DNA of 61,350 nucleotides, counting the filler, from Hausera hauseri (lineage: Eukaryota), in the NCBI GenBank assembly GCA_046269625.1. It is 7 parts of 7 records of this genome, joined end to end, with 100 filler letters (N's around TTAATTAATTAA, not from the genome) between each part and the next. Parts side by side here need not be neighbours in the genome. Positions count along the whole stretch, not along the records: positions 1 to 25,502 come from JBJURY010000013.1; 6 more parts are not named here. One strand, written 5' to 3'. This document shows, one piece after another, positions 1 to 15,000 of the stretch; within the stretch, counting starts at the first letter, position 1; each line of letters begins with the position of its first letter. The notes beneath the pieces are model-generated. The model was given only the letters and a program-made list of their open reading frames with translations. It had not been told where the DNA came from and searched no databases. Made by a program: the position numbers and the translations under genes.

Positions 1-3000
1 AGTGGCTTTCAATATTCCCATCCCCTATAAGAAAGCATTCTTGCACAGGTTGGTTTTCAATGGTCCCCCCTCCCCCTCTTGGAACAAAGCATTATGGCGC
101 AGAGTGGACTTCACTATTCCCATCTCCTGGAACACAGCATTGTGGCGCAGACCGGGTTGCTCTATTCGCGCCTACTGGAACACAGCATTCTGGCGGAGAG
201 TGGGTTTCACTCTTTCCATACCCTAGAGTAAAGCATTCTGGCACAGAGTGGGTTTCACTATTCCCGCCCCCTGGAACACAGCATTCTGGTGCCGGGGAGG
301 ATTCATTATTCCCACCCCTAGAGCAAAGCATTCTGGCAGAGATTGGGTTTCACTATTCCCATCCCCGGGAACACAGCATTCTCGCATGGAGTGGAATTCA
401 CTATTCCCCTACCCTAGAATAAAGCATTCTGGCACAGAGTCGATTTCACTATTCCCACCCCCTGAAAGACAGCATTCTCTCACAGAGTGGATTTCTCTAT
501 TCCCATACCTTAGAATAAAGCATTCTGGCACAGAGTGCGTTTCAGTGTCCCCCGTTGGAACAAACGTTATTGCGAACAGTGAGTTTCTCTATTCTCACCC
601 CTGGAATAGAGCATTCTGGCGCAGATTGGGTTTCACTATTACTACTCCTTAAAAAAAAATTCTGGTGCAGAGTGGGTTTTACTATTCCCATCTCCTCGAA
701 CACAGCATTCTGGCACAGAGTGTGTTTTACTATTCCCATCTCCTGGAACACAGCATTCTGGCACAGAGTGGGATTCACTATTCACCCTCCACGCACGCAG
801 CTTCATGACACAGAGTGGGTTTCACTATTCTCAACACATGGAACACAGCATTCTGGCGCAGAGTGGGATACACTCTTCCTCCATCCCATTGAACAAAGCA
901 TTATGGCGCAAAGTGGGTTTCACTATTTCCATCCCCTAGAATAAAGCATTCGGGCGCAGATTGGGTTTTACTATTACTACTCCCTAGAAAAAAAAATTTG
1001 GTGCAGAGTGGGTTTTACTATTCCCATCTCCTCGAACACAGCATTCTAGCACAGAGTGGGTTTCAATATTCTCAACTCCTGGATCACAGCATTCTGACAC
1101 AGAGTGGGTTTCACTATTCCCACACCATAGAATAAAGCATTCTGTCACAGAGTGGGTTTCACTATACCCATCCCCTGGAATAAAGCATTCTAGCACCGAG
1201 TGGGTTTCACTATTCCCACTCCCTGGAACACAGCATTCTGGCACAGAGTGGGCTTCGATATTCCCACATCCTAGAATAATGCAATCGGGCACAGAGTGGG
1301 TTTTCCTGTTCCCACCAACTGGAACACAGCATTCTGGCGCAGAGTGGGTTTCACTCTTACAATACCCTAGAATAAAGCATTAGTGCACAGAGTTGGTTTC
1401 ACTGCTCCAACCCCCGGGATCAAAGAATGCTGGCACAGAGTGGGTTTCACTATAGGGCATATATAGGGTTTCACTGTTCCCACCCCCTGGAACAATGCAT
1501 TATGACGAAGAGTTGGTTTCACTATTTCCATGCCCTAGACTAAAGCATTCTGGCACACGGTGGGGTTCACTATTCCCATATCCTAGTATAAGGAATACTA
1601 GCACAGAGTGAATTTTACTATTCCAATCTCCTAGAATAAAGCATTAAGGCACAGAGTGGGTTTAACAAATCACATCCCCTATAATAAAGCATTCTGGCAC
1701 AAGTTGCGATTCACTATTCCCACCACCTGGAACAAAGCATTATGGTGCAGAGTGGGATACATTATAACCATCCGTTAGAATAAAGCACTCTGGCACAGAG
1801 TGGGTTTTACTTTTACCATCCCCTAGATTAAAGCATTCTGGCGCAGTCTGGGTTTCACAATTCCCACCCCTGGAACACAGCATTCTGTCGCATAGTGGGA
1901 TTCAATATTTCCATACCCTAGAATAAAGCATTCTGGGACCGAGTGAACTTCACTATTCCCATACGCTAGAATAATGCATCCAGGCACAGGGTGGGGTTCA
2001 CTATTCCCCACCGCTGGAACAAGGCATAATGGCGCAGAGTTGGTTCCACTATTCCCATACACTAGAGTAAAGCATTCTGGCACAGGGTTGGTTTCACTAT
2101 TCCCATATCCTAGAATAAAGCATTCTGGCACAGAGTGTGTTTCACTATTCCCATCCCCTAGAATAGACCATTCTGGCTCACAGTACGTTTCACTATTCCC
2201 ATCTCCTGGAACACAGCAGTCTGTCGCAGAGTGGGTTTCAATATTCCCATACCCTAGAATGAAGAATTCTGGCACAGAGTGGGTTTCACTATTCCCACCC
2301 CCTGGAACAATGAATTATAAGGCAGGGAAGGTTTCACTATTCCCATACCTTAGACAAAAGCATTCTGGCACAGAGTGGGGTGCACTATTCTCCGCCGCTG
2401 GATAAAAGCATTCTGGCACAGAGTGGGATTCACTATTCCAATCCGCTAGAATAAAGCATTCTGGCACAGAGTGGGTTTCACTATTCCCACCCCATGGATA
2501 AAAGCTTCCTGGCACAAGTAGGGTTTCACTATTCCCATCCCCTAGAATAAAGCATTCTTGCACAGAGTGGGTTTCACTATTCACACCCCATGGATAAAAG
2601 CTTGCTGGCACAAGTTGGGTTTCACTATTCCCATCCCCCAGAATAAAGCATTCTGGCACAGAGTGGGTTTCACTATTCCCACCCCCTGGAACACAGCATT
2701 CTGGCGCAGACTGGGTTTCACTATTCCTATGCCCTAGAATAAAGCATTATGGCGCAGAGTGGGTTTCACTATTCCTATGCCCTAGAATAATGCATTATGG
2801 TGCAGAGTGGGATTCACTATTCCCATCCGCTAGATTGAAACACTCTGGCAGCAACTGGGTTTCACTATTCCCACCCCCTGGATCAAAGCTTGCTGGAACA
2901 AGGTGGGTTTCACTAATCCCACCCTCTGGAACAATGCATTAGGAGGCAGAGTTGGTTTCACTATTCCCTTACCCTAGAAAAAAGCATTCTGGCACAAGGT

Positions 3001-6000
3001 GGTGTTCACTATTCCCCACCGCTGGAAAAAAGCATTATGCCACAAAGTGGGTTTCACTATTCCCACCCCATGGAACACAGCATTCTGGCGCAGAGTGGGT
3101 TTCACTATTTCTATGCCCTAGTAAAGCATTATGGCGCAGAGTGGGTTTCACTATTCCTATGCCCTAGAATAAAGCATTATGGTGCAGAGTGGGATTCACT
3201 ATTCCCATCCGCTAGATTGAAACACTCTGGCAGAAACTGAGTTTTACTATTCCCACCCCCTGGATCAAAGCTTGCTGGAACAAGGTGGGTTTCAATAATC
3301 CCACCCTCTGGAACAATGCATTAGGAGGCAGAGTGGGTTTCACTATTCCCATACCCTAGAAAAAAGCATTCTGGCACAAGGTGGTGTTCACTATTCCCCA
3401 CCGCTGGAAAAAAGCATTGTGCCACAAAGTGGGTTTCACTATTTCCACCCCCTGGATCACAGCATTCTTGCGCAGAGTGGGTTTCAATATTCCCATACCC
3501 TAGAACAAAGCATTCTGGCACAGGGTGGGTTTCATTATCCTCCCCTCTTGGAACAATGCATTATGGCGCAGAGTGGGTTTCACTATTCCCAGCCCCTAGA
3601 GTAAAGCATTCTGGCACAGGGTGGGTTTTACTATTCCCCCCCTCTTCGAACAATGCATTATGGCGCAGACTTCGTTTCACTATTCCAACCTCCTTGAACA
3701 CAGCATTCTGGCACAAGGTTGGTTTCACTATTCCCACCCCCTGGAACACAGCATTCTGGTGCACAGTAGGATACACTATTCCCATCCGCTAGAATAAAAC
3801 ACTCTGGCACAGAGTGGGTTTCATTATTCCCACCCCTTGGAACAAAGCATGCTGGCAGAGGTTGGGTTTCACTATTCCCATCCCCTAGAATAAAGCATTC
3901 TTGCACATGGTAGGTTTGACTATTTCCACCCCCTGGATCACAGCATTCTGGCGCAGAGTGGGTTTCACTATACCCATACCACAGAATAAAGCATTCTGGC
4001 ACAGAGTGGGTTGCACTATTGCCACCTTCTGGAACAAAGCATTATGACGCACAGTGGGTTTCACTATTCCCATCCCCTAGAATAAAGCATTCTGGCACAG
4101 GGTGGGATTCACAATTCACACCCCCTGGAACAAATCATTATGGTGCAGAGTGGGATTCACTATTCCCATCCGCTAGAATAAAGCACTCCGGCACAGAGTA
4201 GGTTTCACTATTCCCACCCCTTGGAACAAAGCATGCTGGCAGACGTTGGGTTTCACTATTCCCATCCCCTAGAATAAAGCATTCTGTCACAGAGTGGGGT
4301 TCACTACTCCCACCCCGGGAACAAAACATTATAATGCAGAGTGCGTTTCACTGTTCCCATCCCCTAGAATAAAGCATTCTGACACACGGTGGGTTAAAAA
4401 ATCCCCGCCCCTTTTGGAACGCAGCATTCTGGCACTGGGCCGGATTTACTATTCCCATCCCCAGGAACACAGCATTCCGATGCAGAGTGCGTTTCACTAT
4501 TCTCACATCCTGGAACACAGCATTCTGGCACAGAGAAGGTTTCACTGTTTCCACCCCCTGGAACACAGCATTCTGGTGCACAGTAGGATTCACTATTCCT
4601 CCCCCCTGGAACAAAGCATTCTGGCACACATAGGGTTTCAATATTCCCACCCCCTGGAATACAGCATTATGACGCAGAGTGGGTTTCACTATTCCCATCA
4701 TCTAGAATAAAGCATTCTGGAACAGGGTGGGATTCACTATTCCCATCCGCTAGATTGAAACAATCTGGCAGAAAGTGGGTTTCACTATTCCCACCCCCTG
4801 GATCAAAGCTTGCTGGAACAAGGTGGGTTTCACTAATCCAACCCTCTGGAACAATGCACTAGGAGGCAGAGTGGGTTTCACTATTCCCATACCCTAGAAA
4901 AAAGCATTCTGGCACAAGGTGGTCTTCACTATTCCACACCGCTGGATAAAAGCATTATGCCACAAAGTGGGTTTCACTATTCCCACCCCCTGGAACAGAG
5001 CATTCTGCCGCAGAGTGGGTTTCACTATTCCCATGCACTAGAATAAAGCATTATGGCGCAGAGTGGGTTTCACTATTGCCAGCCGCTAGAGTAAAGCATT
5101 CTTGCACATGGTAGGTTTCACTATTTCCACCCTCTGGATCACAGCATTCTTGCGCAGAGTGGGTTTCAATATTCCCATACCCTAGAACAATGCATTATGG
5201 CGCAGAGTGGGTTTCACTATTCCCAGCCCGTAGAGTAAAGCATTCTGGCACAGGGTGGGTTTTACTATCCCCCCCTATTGGAACAATGCATTATGGCGCA
5301 GACTTCGTTTCACTATTCCAACCTCCTTGAACACTGCATTCTGGCACAAGGTTGGTTTCACTATTCCCACCCCCTGGAACACAGCATTCTGGTGCACAGT
5401 AGGATACACTATTCCCATCCGCTAGAATAAAACACTCTGGCACAGAGTGGGTTTCATTATTCCCACCCCTTGGAACAAAGCATGCTGGCAGAGGTTGGGT
5501 TTCACTATTCCCATCCCCTAGAATAAAGCATTCTTGCACATGGTAGGTTTGACTATTTCCACCCCCTGGATCACAGCATTCTGGCGCAGAGTGGGTTTCA
5601 CTATACCCATACCACAGAATAAAGCATTCTGGCACAGAGTGGGTTGCACTATTGCCACCTTCTGGAACAAAGCATTATGACGCACAGTGGGTTTCACTAT
5701 TCCCATCCCCTAGAATAAAGCATTCTGGCACAGGGTGGGATTCACAATTCACACCCCCTGGAACAAATCATTATGGTGCAGAGTGGGATTCACTATTCCC
5801 ATCCGCTAGAATAAAGCACTCCGGCACAGAGTAGGTTTCACTATTCCCACCCCTTGGAACAAAGCATGCTGGCAGACGTTGGGTTTCACTATTCCCATCC
5901 CCTAGAATAAAGCATTCTGTCACAGAGTGGGGTTCACTACTCCCACCCCGGGAACAAAACATTATAATGCAGAGTGCGTTTCACTGTTCCCATCCTTTAG

Positions 6001-9000
6001 AATAAAGCATTCTGGCACACGGTGGGTTAAAAAATCCCCGCCCCTTTTGGAACGCAGCATTCTGGCACAGAGTAGGTTTTACTGTTTCCACCCTCTGGAA
6101 CACAGCATTCTGGTGCACAGTAGGATTCACTATTCCTCCCCCTGGAATAAAGCATTCTGGCACACATAGGGTTTAACTATTCCCACCCCATGGAACACCG
6201 CAATGTCGTGCACAGTAGCATTCACTATTCCTCCCTCCCTGGAACAAAGCATTCTGGCACACATAAGGTTTCAATATTCCCACCCCCTGGAACACAGCAT
6301 TATGACGCAGAGTGGGTTTCACTATTCCCATCATCTAGAATAAAGCATTCTGGCACAGGGTGGGATACACTATTGCCACCTCCTGGATCAAAGCATTATA
6401 ACGCATAGTGTGTTTCACTATTCCCATCCCCTAGAATAAAGCATTTTGGCACAGAGTGGGATTCACTATTCCCACCACTTGGAACAAAGCATTCTGCTGC
6501 ACTGTAGGATACACTATTCCTGCCCCCTTGGAAAAAAGCATTCTGGCACACATAGGGTTTCACTATTACCACTCCCTGGAACAAAGCATTCTGGTGCACA
6601 GTAGGATTAACTAATCCTCCACCCCCGTGGAAAAAAGCATTCTGGCACAAGGTGGGAATCACTATTCCCACCCCCTGGTACACAGCATTCTGGTGCACAG
6701 TAGGATACACTATTCCTTCCCCTGGAGCAAAGCATTCTGGCACACATAGTGTTTCACTATTACCACCCCCTGGAACACAGCATTCTGGCGCAGAGTGTGT
6801 TTCACTATTCCCATCCCCTAGAATAAAGCATTTTGGCTCAGGGTGGGATTCACTATTCCCTCCCCTTGGAACAAAGCATGCTGGCACACATAGGGTTTCA
6901 CTATTCCAACCCCCTGGAACACAGCATTCTGGCGCAGAGTGGGTTTCACTATACCCATACCCTAGAAAAATGTATTCTGGCACAGAGTGGGTTTCACTAT
7001 TGCCACCTTCTGGAACAAAGCATTATGACGCAGAGTGGGATTCACTATTCCCATCCCCTGGAATAAAGCATTCTGGCAAACGGTGGGTTTCACCATCCCC
7101 GCCCTTCTTGGAACACAGCATTCTGGCACAAAGCCGGTTTTACTATTCCCATCCCCAGGAACACAGCATTCCGATGCAGATTGCGTTTTACTATTCTCAC
7201 ATCCTGGAACACAGCATTATGTCACAGAGTGGGTTTCACTGTTTACACCCCCTGGAACACAGCATTCTGGTAAAGAGTGGATTTCCATATTCCCATAGCA
7301 TGGATTAAATCATTCTGGCACAGAGTGGGTTTCATTATTCCCACCCCCTGTAGCAAAACATGATGATGCAGAGTGGGTTTCACTATTCCCATACCCTAGA
7401 ATAAAGCATTCTGGCACAGAGTGAATTGCACTATTCCCATGCCCTAGTATAAAGCATTCTGGCAAAGGGTGGGATTCACTATTCTTCACCCCTGGAACAA
7501 AGCATTATGGCGCAGAGTGGGTTTCACTATGCCCATCCCTTAGAATAAAGCATTCTGGCACAGGGTGGGATCCACTATTCCCACCCCCTGGAACAAAGCA
7601 TTATATTGAATAGTGGGATTCACTATTCCCATCCGCTATAATAAAGCACTATGGCACAGAGTGGGTTTCACTATTCCCACCCCTTGGAACAAAGCATACT
7701 GGAAAAGAGTGGGTTTCACTATACCCATCCGCTATAGTAAAGCATTCTTGCACATGGTAGGTTTCACTATTTTCACCCCCTGGATCACAGCATTCTTGCG
7801 CAGTGTGGGTTTCAATATTACAATACCCTAGAACAAAGCATCCTGTCACATAGTGGGTTTCACTACTCCCACCCCCGGGAAAAAAGCATTATGAGGCAGA
7901 ATGGGTTTCACTATTCCCATCCCCTAGAATAAACCATTCTGGCAGAGGGTGGGTTTCATTACCCCGCCCCTCTTGGAATAATGCATTATGGCGCAGAGGG
8001 GGATTCACTGTTCCCAGCCCCTAGAGTAAAGCATACTGGCACAGAGTGGGTTTCACTCTTCCCACCTACTGGAACACAGCATTCTGTTGCAGAGTGCGTT
8101 TTACTCTTCTAACATCCTGGAACACTGCATTCTGGCACAGAGTGGGTTTCATTATTTCCACACCCTGGATCACAGCATTATGCCGCAGAGTGGGTTTAAC
8201 TATACCCGTACATTACAAAGAAGCATTCTGGCACACAGTGCGTTTCACTATTCCCACCTCCTGGATCAAAGCATGCTGGCACAGTGTGGGTTTCACTATT
8301 CCCATTCCCTAGAATAAAGCACTCTTGCACATAATGGGTTTCACTATTCCCACCTCCTGGATCAATGCATGCTGGCACAGGGTGGGTTTCACTATTCTCA
8401 TCCGCTAGAATAATGCACTCTGGCAGAGAGTGGGTTTCACTCTTCCCACAGCCTGGAAATAGCATGCTGGCACAGAGTGGGTTTCACTATTCCTACTCCC
8501 TGCAGCAAACCTTTATGATGCAGAGTGAGTTTCACTATTCCCACACCCTAGAATAAAGCATTCTGTCACAGAGTGAAATTCACTATCCCGTAATCTAGAA
8601 TAATGCATTTTGGCTCAGGGTGGGATTCACTATTCCCCACCCCTGGAACAAAGCATTATGGCGCAGAGTGGGTTTTACTCTTACCATGCCCTAGAGTAAA
8701 GTATTCTGGCACAGGGTGGGGTTCACTATACACATACCCTATAATAAACAATTGTGGCACAAATTGGGTTTCACTGGTCCCCTCCCCTAAAGTAAAGCAT
8801 TCTGGCACATCGTGGGTTTCACTATTCCCATCTCCTGGAACACAGCATTGTGGAACAGATTGTGTTTCTCTGTGCTCACCTCCTGGAACACAGCATTATG
8901 GCACAGTGTGAGTTTTACTGTTCTCACCCTCTGGGAGAGAGCATTCTGGCACAGAGTGGCATTCACAATTACCCCCCAGGAAGCAAGCATTCTGGCACCC

Positions 9001-12000
9001 AGTGGGATTCACTATACCCCTCTGGAAGAGGGCATTCTGGAGCAGAGTGCGTTTCACTATTCCCACCTCCAGGAACACAGCATTCTGGCGCAGAGTGGAT
9101 TTCACTCTTCCCAACTCCTGGAACACAGCATTCTGGCACAGAGTGGGTTTACTGTTCCCACCTCCACGCACACAGCTTCCTGGGACAGAGTGGGTTTCAC
9201 TATTCTCAATACCTGGAACACCGCATTCTGGCACAGAGTGGAATTCATTATTCCCCCCCCTGGAACAAGGCATTCTGGCGCAGAGTGGGTTTCACTATTC
9301 CCATACACTAGATTAAAGATTTCTGGCGCAGTGGGTTTCATTATTCCCACCTTCTGGAACACAGCATTATGGCGCAGATTGCGTTTCACTATTCCCATAC
9401 CCTAGATTAAAGCATTCTGGCACAGAGTGGGTTTCACTATTCCCACCTCTTGGATCAAAGCATGCTGGCACAGTGTGGGTTTCACTATTCCCATTTCCTA
9501 GAATAAAGCACTCTTGCACATAGTGGGTTTCACTATACCCACCTCCTGGATCAATGCATGCTGGCACAGGGTGGGTTTCACTATTCCAATACCCTAGAAT
9601 AAAGCATTCTGGCACATAGTGGGTTTCACTATTCCCAACTCCTGGAACGAAGCATTATGATGCAGAGTGGGTTTCTCTATTTCCATCCCCTAGAATAAAG
9701 CATTCTGGCACAGAGTGGGTTGCTCTATTCCCACCACCTGGAACAAAGCATTAAGAGGCAGAGTGGGATTCAATATTCCCATCCTATAGAATAAACCATT
9801 CTGGCAAAGAGTGAATTTCACTATTGACACACCCTAGAATAATGCATTCTGGCACAGGGTGGGGTTCACTATTCGCCACCCATGGAACAAAGCATTATGG
9901 CGCATAGTGGGTTTCACTATTCCTATGCCCTAGAGTAAAGCATTCTGGCACACGGTGGGGTACGCTATTCCCCACCCCTGGAACAAAGCATTCTGGCGCA
10001 GAGTGGGTTTCAATATTCCCATACCCTAGAATAAAGCATTCTGTCACAGAGTGGGTTTCACTATACCCAGCCCCTGGAAAACAGCATTCTGTAACATGTG
10101 GGTTTCAATATTCCCATACCCTAGGAAAAAGCATTCTGGCACAGGGTGGGTTTCACTATTCCCCCCACCTCTTGGAACAATGCATTATGGCACAGAGTGG
10201 GTTTCATTATTCCCACCTCCTGGAACACGGCATTCTGGCGCAGGGTGGGTTTCTCTCTTCCAAACTCCTGGAACACAGCATTCTGGCACACATTCGGTTT
10301 TACTATTCCCACCCCCTGGAAAACAGCATGCTGATGCAGAGTTCGTTTCGCTATTCTCACCTCCTGCATCACAGCATTCTGGTACAGAGTGGGTTTTATT
10401 AGTCCCACCCCCTGGAACACGGCATTCTGGTGCAGAGTGCGCCTTACTATTCTCGCCTCATGGAACACAGCATTATGGTGCATAGTGGGATTCACTATTC
10501 CCATCCGCTAGAATAAAGCACTTTGACACAGAGTGGGTTTCACTATTCCCAGCCTCTGGAACACAGAATTCTGTCACTGAATGGGTTTCAATATTCCCAT
10601 ATCCTGGAATAAAGCATTCTGACACAGCGTGGGATTCACTATTCCACCCCCCCTCTCGGAACAAAGCATTATGGCGCAGAGTGGGTTTTACTATTCCCAG
10701 CCCCTACATTAATGCATTCTGGCACAGAGTAGGTTTCACTGTTCCCAACTCCTGGAACAGAGTATCGTGGTGAACAGTAGGATTCACTATTCCTCCCCCC
10801 TGGAACAATGCATTCTGGCACAGAGTGGGTTTCACTATTCCAATCCTCTGAACACAGCATTCTGGCGCAGAATTTGATTTTCTATTTCCATAGCCTAGAA
10901 TACCGCAATCTGTTGCCGAGTTGGATTCACTATTCCCACCTCCTCGAACACAGATTTCTGGTGAACCGTAGGATTCACTATTCCTCCCCCGCTGGAACAG
11001 AGCATTCTGGCACAGAGTGGGTTTCACTCTTCCCACCCCCTGGAACACAGCATTCTGGTACAGAGTGCGTTTTACTATTCCCACCCACTTGAACAAAGCA
11101 TTATGGCGCAGAGTGGATTTCACTATTCCCATCTCCTAGAATAATGCATACTGGCACAGAGTGGGTTTCACAATTCCCACCCCTGGAACACAGCATTCTG
11201 GCACAGAGTGGGTTTCACAATTCCCCCCCCCCCATGGCACACAGCATTCTGGAACAGAGTGGGTTTCACTATTCCCATCCCCTAGAATAAAGCATACTGG
11301 CACAGAGTGGATTTCACAATTCCCACCCACTTGAAAAAAGCATTATGGCGCAGAGTGGATTTCACTATTCCCATCCCCTAGAATAAAGCATACTCGCAGA
11401 GAGTGGGTTTTACTATTCCCACCCACTTCAACAAAGCATTATGGCGCAGCGTGGGTTTCACAATTCCCATCCCCTAGAATAAAGCATACTGGCACAGAGT
11501 GGGTTTCACAATTCCCAACCCTGAAACACAGCATTATGGCGCAGAGTGAGTTTCACTATTGCCATACCTTAGAATGCCGCATACCGCCGCAGAGTGGGAT
11601 TCACTATTGTCACCTAATGGAACACAGCATTCTGGTACAGAGTGGGTTTTACCACTCCCATCCCCTAGAATCAGGCACACTGGCACAGAGTGGGTTTCAC
11701 TATTCCCAGCCCCTGGAAAACAGCATTCTGGTGCAGAGTAGGATTCACTATTCCCACTATTCTCGCACAAAGCGTGTATCACTATTCCCACCCCCTGGAT
11801 GACAACATTCTGGCGCAGAGTGGGTTTCACCATTCTCACCCCCTGGAACACAGTATTGTGGCAAAGGGTGGGTTTCACTATTCTTACCTCCTGGAACACA
11901 GCATTCTGATGAACAGTAGGATTCACTATTCCTCCCCGCCCCCTGGAAGAGAGCAATCTGGCACAGAGTGAGTTTCACTCTCCACATCCCCTGGAGCACA

Positions 12001-15000
12001 ACATTCTGGCGCAGAGTGGGTTTCACTATTCCACTACCTTAGAATACCGTATTGCGGCCCATAGAGGGTTTCACTATTCTGACCTCCTGGAACACAGCAT
12101 TCTGGTACAGAGTGGATTTCACTATTACCAGCCCCTAGAAAAAAGCATACTCGCACAGAGTGGGTTTCATTATTCCCACCCACTTGGACAAAGCATTATG
12201 CGCAGAGTGGGTTTCACTATTCCCGTCCCCTAGAATAAAGCATACTGGCACAGAGTGGGTTTCACAATTCCCAGCCCCTGGAACACAGCATTCTGGTGCA
12301 GCGTAGGATTCACTATGCCCCAACCCCTGGAATAAATCATTCTCGCACAAAGAGGGTATCACTATTCCCAACCCCTGGATCAAAACATTCTGGCGCAGAG
12401 TGGGTTTCACCATTCTCAACCCGTGGAACACAGTATTTTGGCAAAGGTTGGGTTTCACTATTCCCACCTCCTGGAACACAGCATTCTGGTGAACAGTAGG
12501 ATTCACTATTGCTCCCCCTGAAACAATGCATTCTGGCACAGAGTGGGTTTCACTCTTTCCACCCCCTGGAACACAGAATTCTGGCGCAGAGTGGGTTTCA
12601 CTATTCCCATACATTAGAATACCGCATTACGGCGCATAAAGGGTTTCACTATTCTCAACTCCTGGAACACAGCATTCTGGTACAGAGTGCGTTTCACTAT
12701 TCCCAGCCCCTAGAATAAAGCATACTCGCACAGAGTGGGTTTCACAAACCCCAACCCTGGAACACAGCATTCTGGCACAGAGTGGGTTTCACAGTTCCCA
12801 CCCATGGAACACAGCATTCTGGAACAGAGTAGGATTCACTATTCCCCACCCACTGGAATAAAGAATTCTCGCACAAAGCGGGTATCACTATTCCCACCCC
12901 TTGAATCACAACATTCTGGCGCAGAGTGGGTTTCACTATTCCCACCAATGGAACACAGCATTATGGCGCAGAGTGGGTTTCACTATTCCCATACCTTAGA
13001 TTACCGCATTCCGGCGCAGAATGGGATTCACTATTCTCACCTCATGGAACAGAGCATTCTGGTACAGAGTGGGTTTTACCATTCCCATCCCCTAGAATCA
13101 AGCATACTGCCACAGAGTGGGTTTCACTAATCCCGTCCTCTGAACACAGTATTCTGGCGCAGAGTTTGTTTTTCTATTTCCATACCCTAGAATAACGCAT
13201 TCTGTCGCAGACGTGTATTCACTATTCCCACCTCCTGGAACACAGCATTCTTGTGAACAGTAGGATTCACTATTCCATTCCACCTCTCGGAACAAAGCAT
13301 TATGGCGCAGAGTGGGTTTTAGTATTCCCAGCCCCTACAATAAAGCATTCTGGCACAGAGTGGGTTTCACTATTCCATCCTCCTGGAACACAGCATTCTG
13401 GTGCAGAATGGGTTTTACTATTCTCAACTCCTGGAACTCAGCATTCTGGCACAGAATAGGTTTTAATATTCTTAACCCCTGGAACACAGCATTCTGCTGC
13501 AGATTGCGATTTATTATTCTCACCTCCTGGAACACAGCATTCCGGCACATAGTAGGTTTCACTATTACCAACTCCTGGAATAGAGTATTCTGGTGAACAG
13601 TAGGATTCACTATTCCTCCCCCTGGAACAATGCATTCTGGCACAGAGTGGGTTTCACTATTCCCATCCCCTGGAACACAGCATTCTGCTGCAGAGTACGT
13701 TTATTATTCTCACCTCCTGGAACACAGCATTCCGGCACAGAGTAGGTTTCACTATTCCCAACTCCTGGAACACAGTATTCTGGTGAACAGTAGGATTCAC
13801 TATTCCTACCCCCTCGAACAATGCATTCCGGCACAGAGTAGGTTTCACTATTCCCAACTCCTGGAACACAGACTTCTGGTGAACCGTCGGATTCACTATT
13901 CCTCCCCCCTGGAACAGTGCATTCTGGCACAGAGTGGATTTCACTCTTCCCACCCCCTGAACACAGCATTCTGGCGCAGCGTGGGTTTCACTATTCCAAC
14001 CCCCTGGAACACAGCATTCTGGTGCCGAGCGAGATTCACCATTCTCAGACCCTGGAACACAGTATTCTGGCAAAGGGTGGGTTTCACTATTCTAAGTCCC
14101 TGGAACACCGCATGCTGCTGCAGAGTAGGATTCACTTTTCCCTACCACCCTGGAATAAAGCATTCTCGCACAAAGTGGGTATCACTATTCCCACCCCCTG
14201 TAACACAGCATTCTGGCTCAGAGTGGATTTCACCATTCTCATCTCCTGGAACACAGTATTCTGGCAAAGAGTCGGTTTCACTATTCCCAGCCCCTGGAAC
14301 ACAGCATTCTGGTGCAGAGTAGGATACACTGTTCACCACCCCACTAGAATAAAGCATTATGGCACAAAGTGGGTATCACTATTCCCACCTCGTGGAACAC
14401 AGCATTCTGGTACAGAGTGGGTTTCACCATTCTCACCCTCTCGAACACAGTATTTTGGCAAAGGGTGGGTTTCACTACTTCCACCTCATGGAACACAGCA
14501 TTCTGGTGAACAGTAGGATTTACTATTCCTACCCCCCTGGAACAAAGCATTCTGGCACAGAGTGGGTTTCACTATTCCCATACCCTGAACACACCATTCT
14601 GGCGCAGAGTTTGTTTTCTATTTCCATACCCTAGAATAACGCATTCTGCCGCAGAGTGAAATTCACTATTCTCACCTCCTGGAACACAGCATTCCGGCAC
14701 AGAGTAGGTTTCACTATTACCAACTCGTGGAATAGAGTATTCTGCTGAACAGTAGGATTCACTATTCCTCCCCACTGGAACAATGCATTCTGGCACAGAG
14801 TGGGTTTCACTATTCCCATCCCCTGAACACAGCATACTGTCGCAGAGTTGGATTCACTATTCCCACACCTGGAACACAGCATTCTGGTGAACAGTAGGAT
14901 TCACTATTCCCCCCCTGGAACAGAGCACTCTGGCACAGAGTGGATTTCACTGTCCCCACCCCCTTGAACACAGCATTCTGGCGCAGAGTGGGTTTTACTA

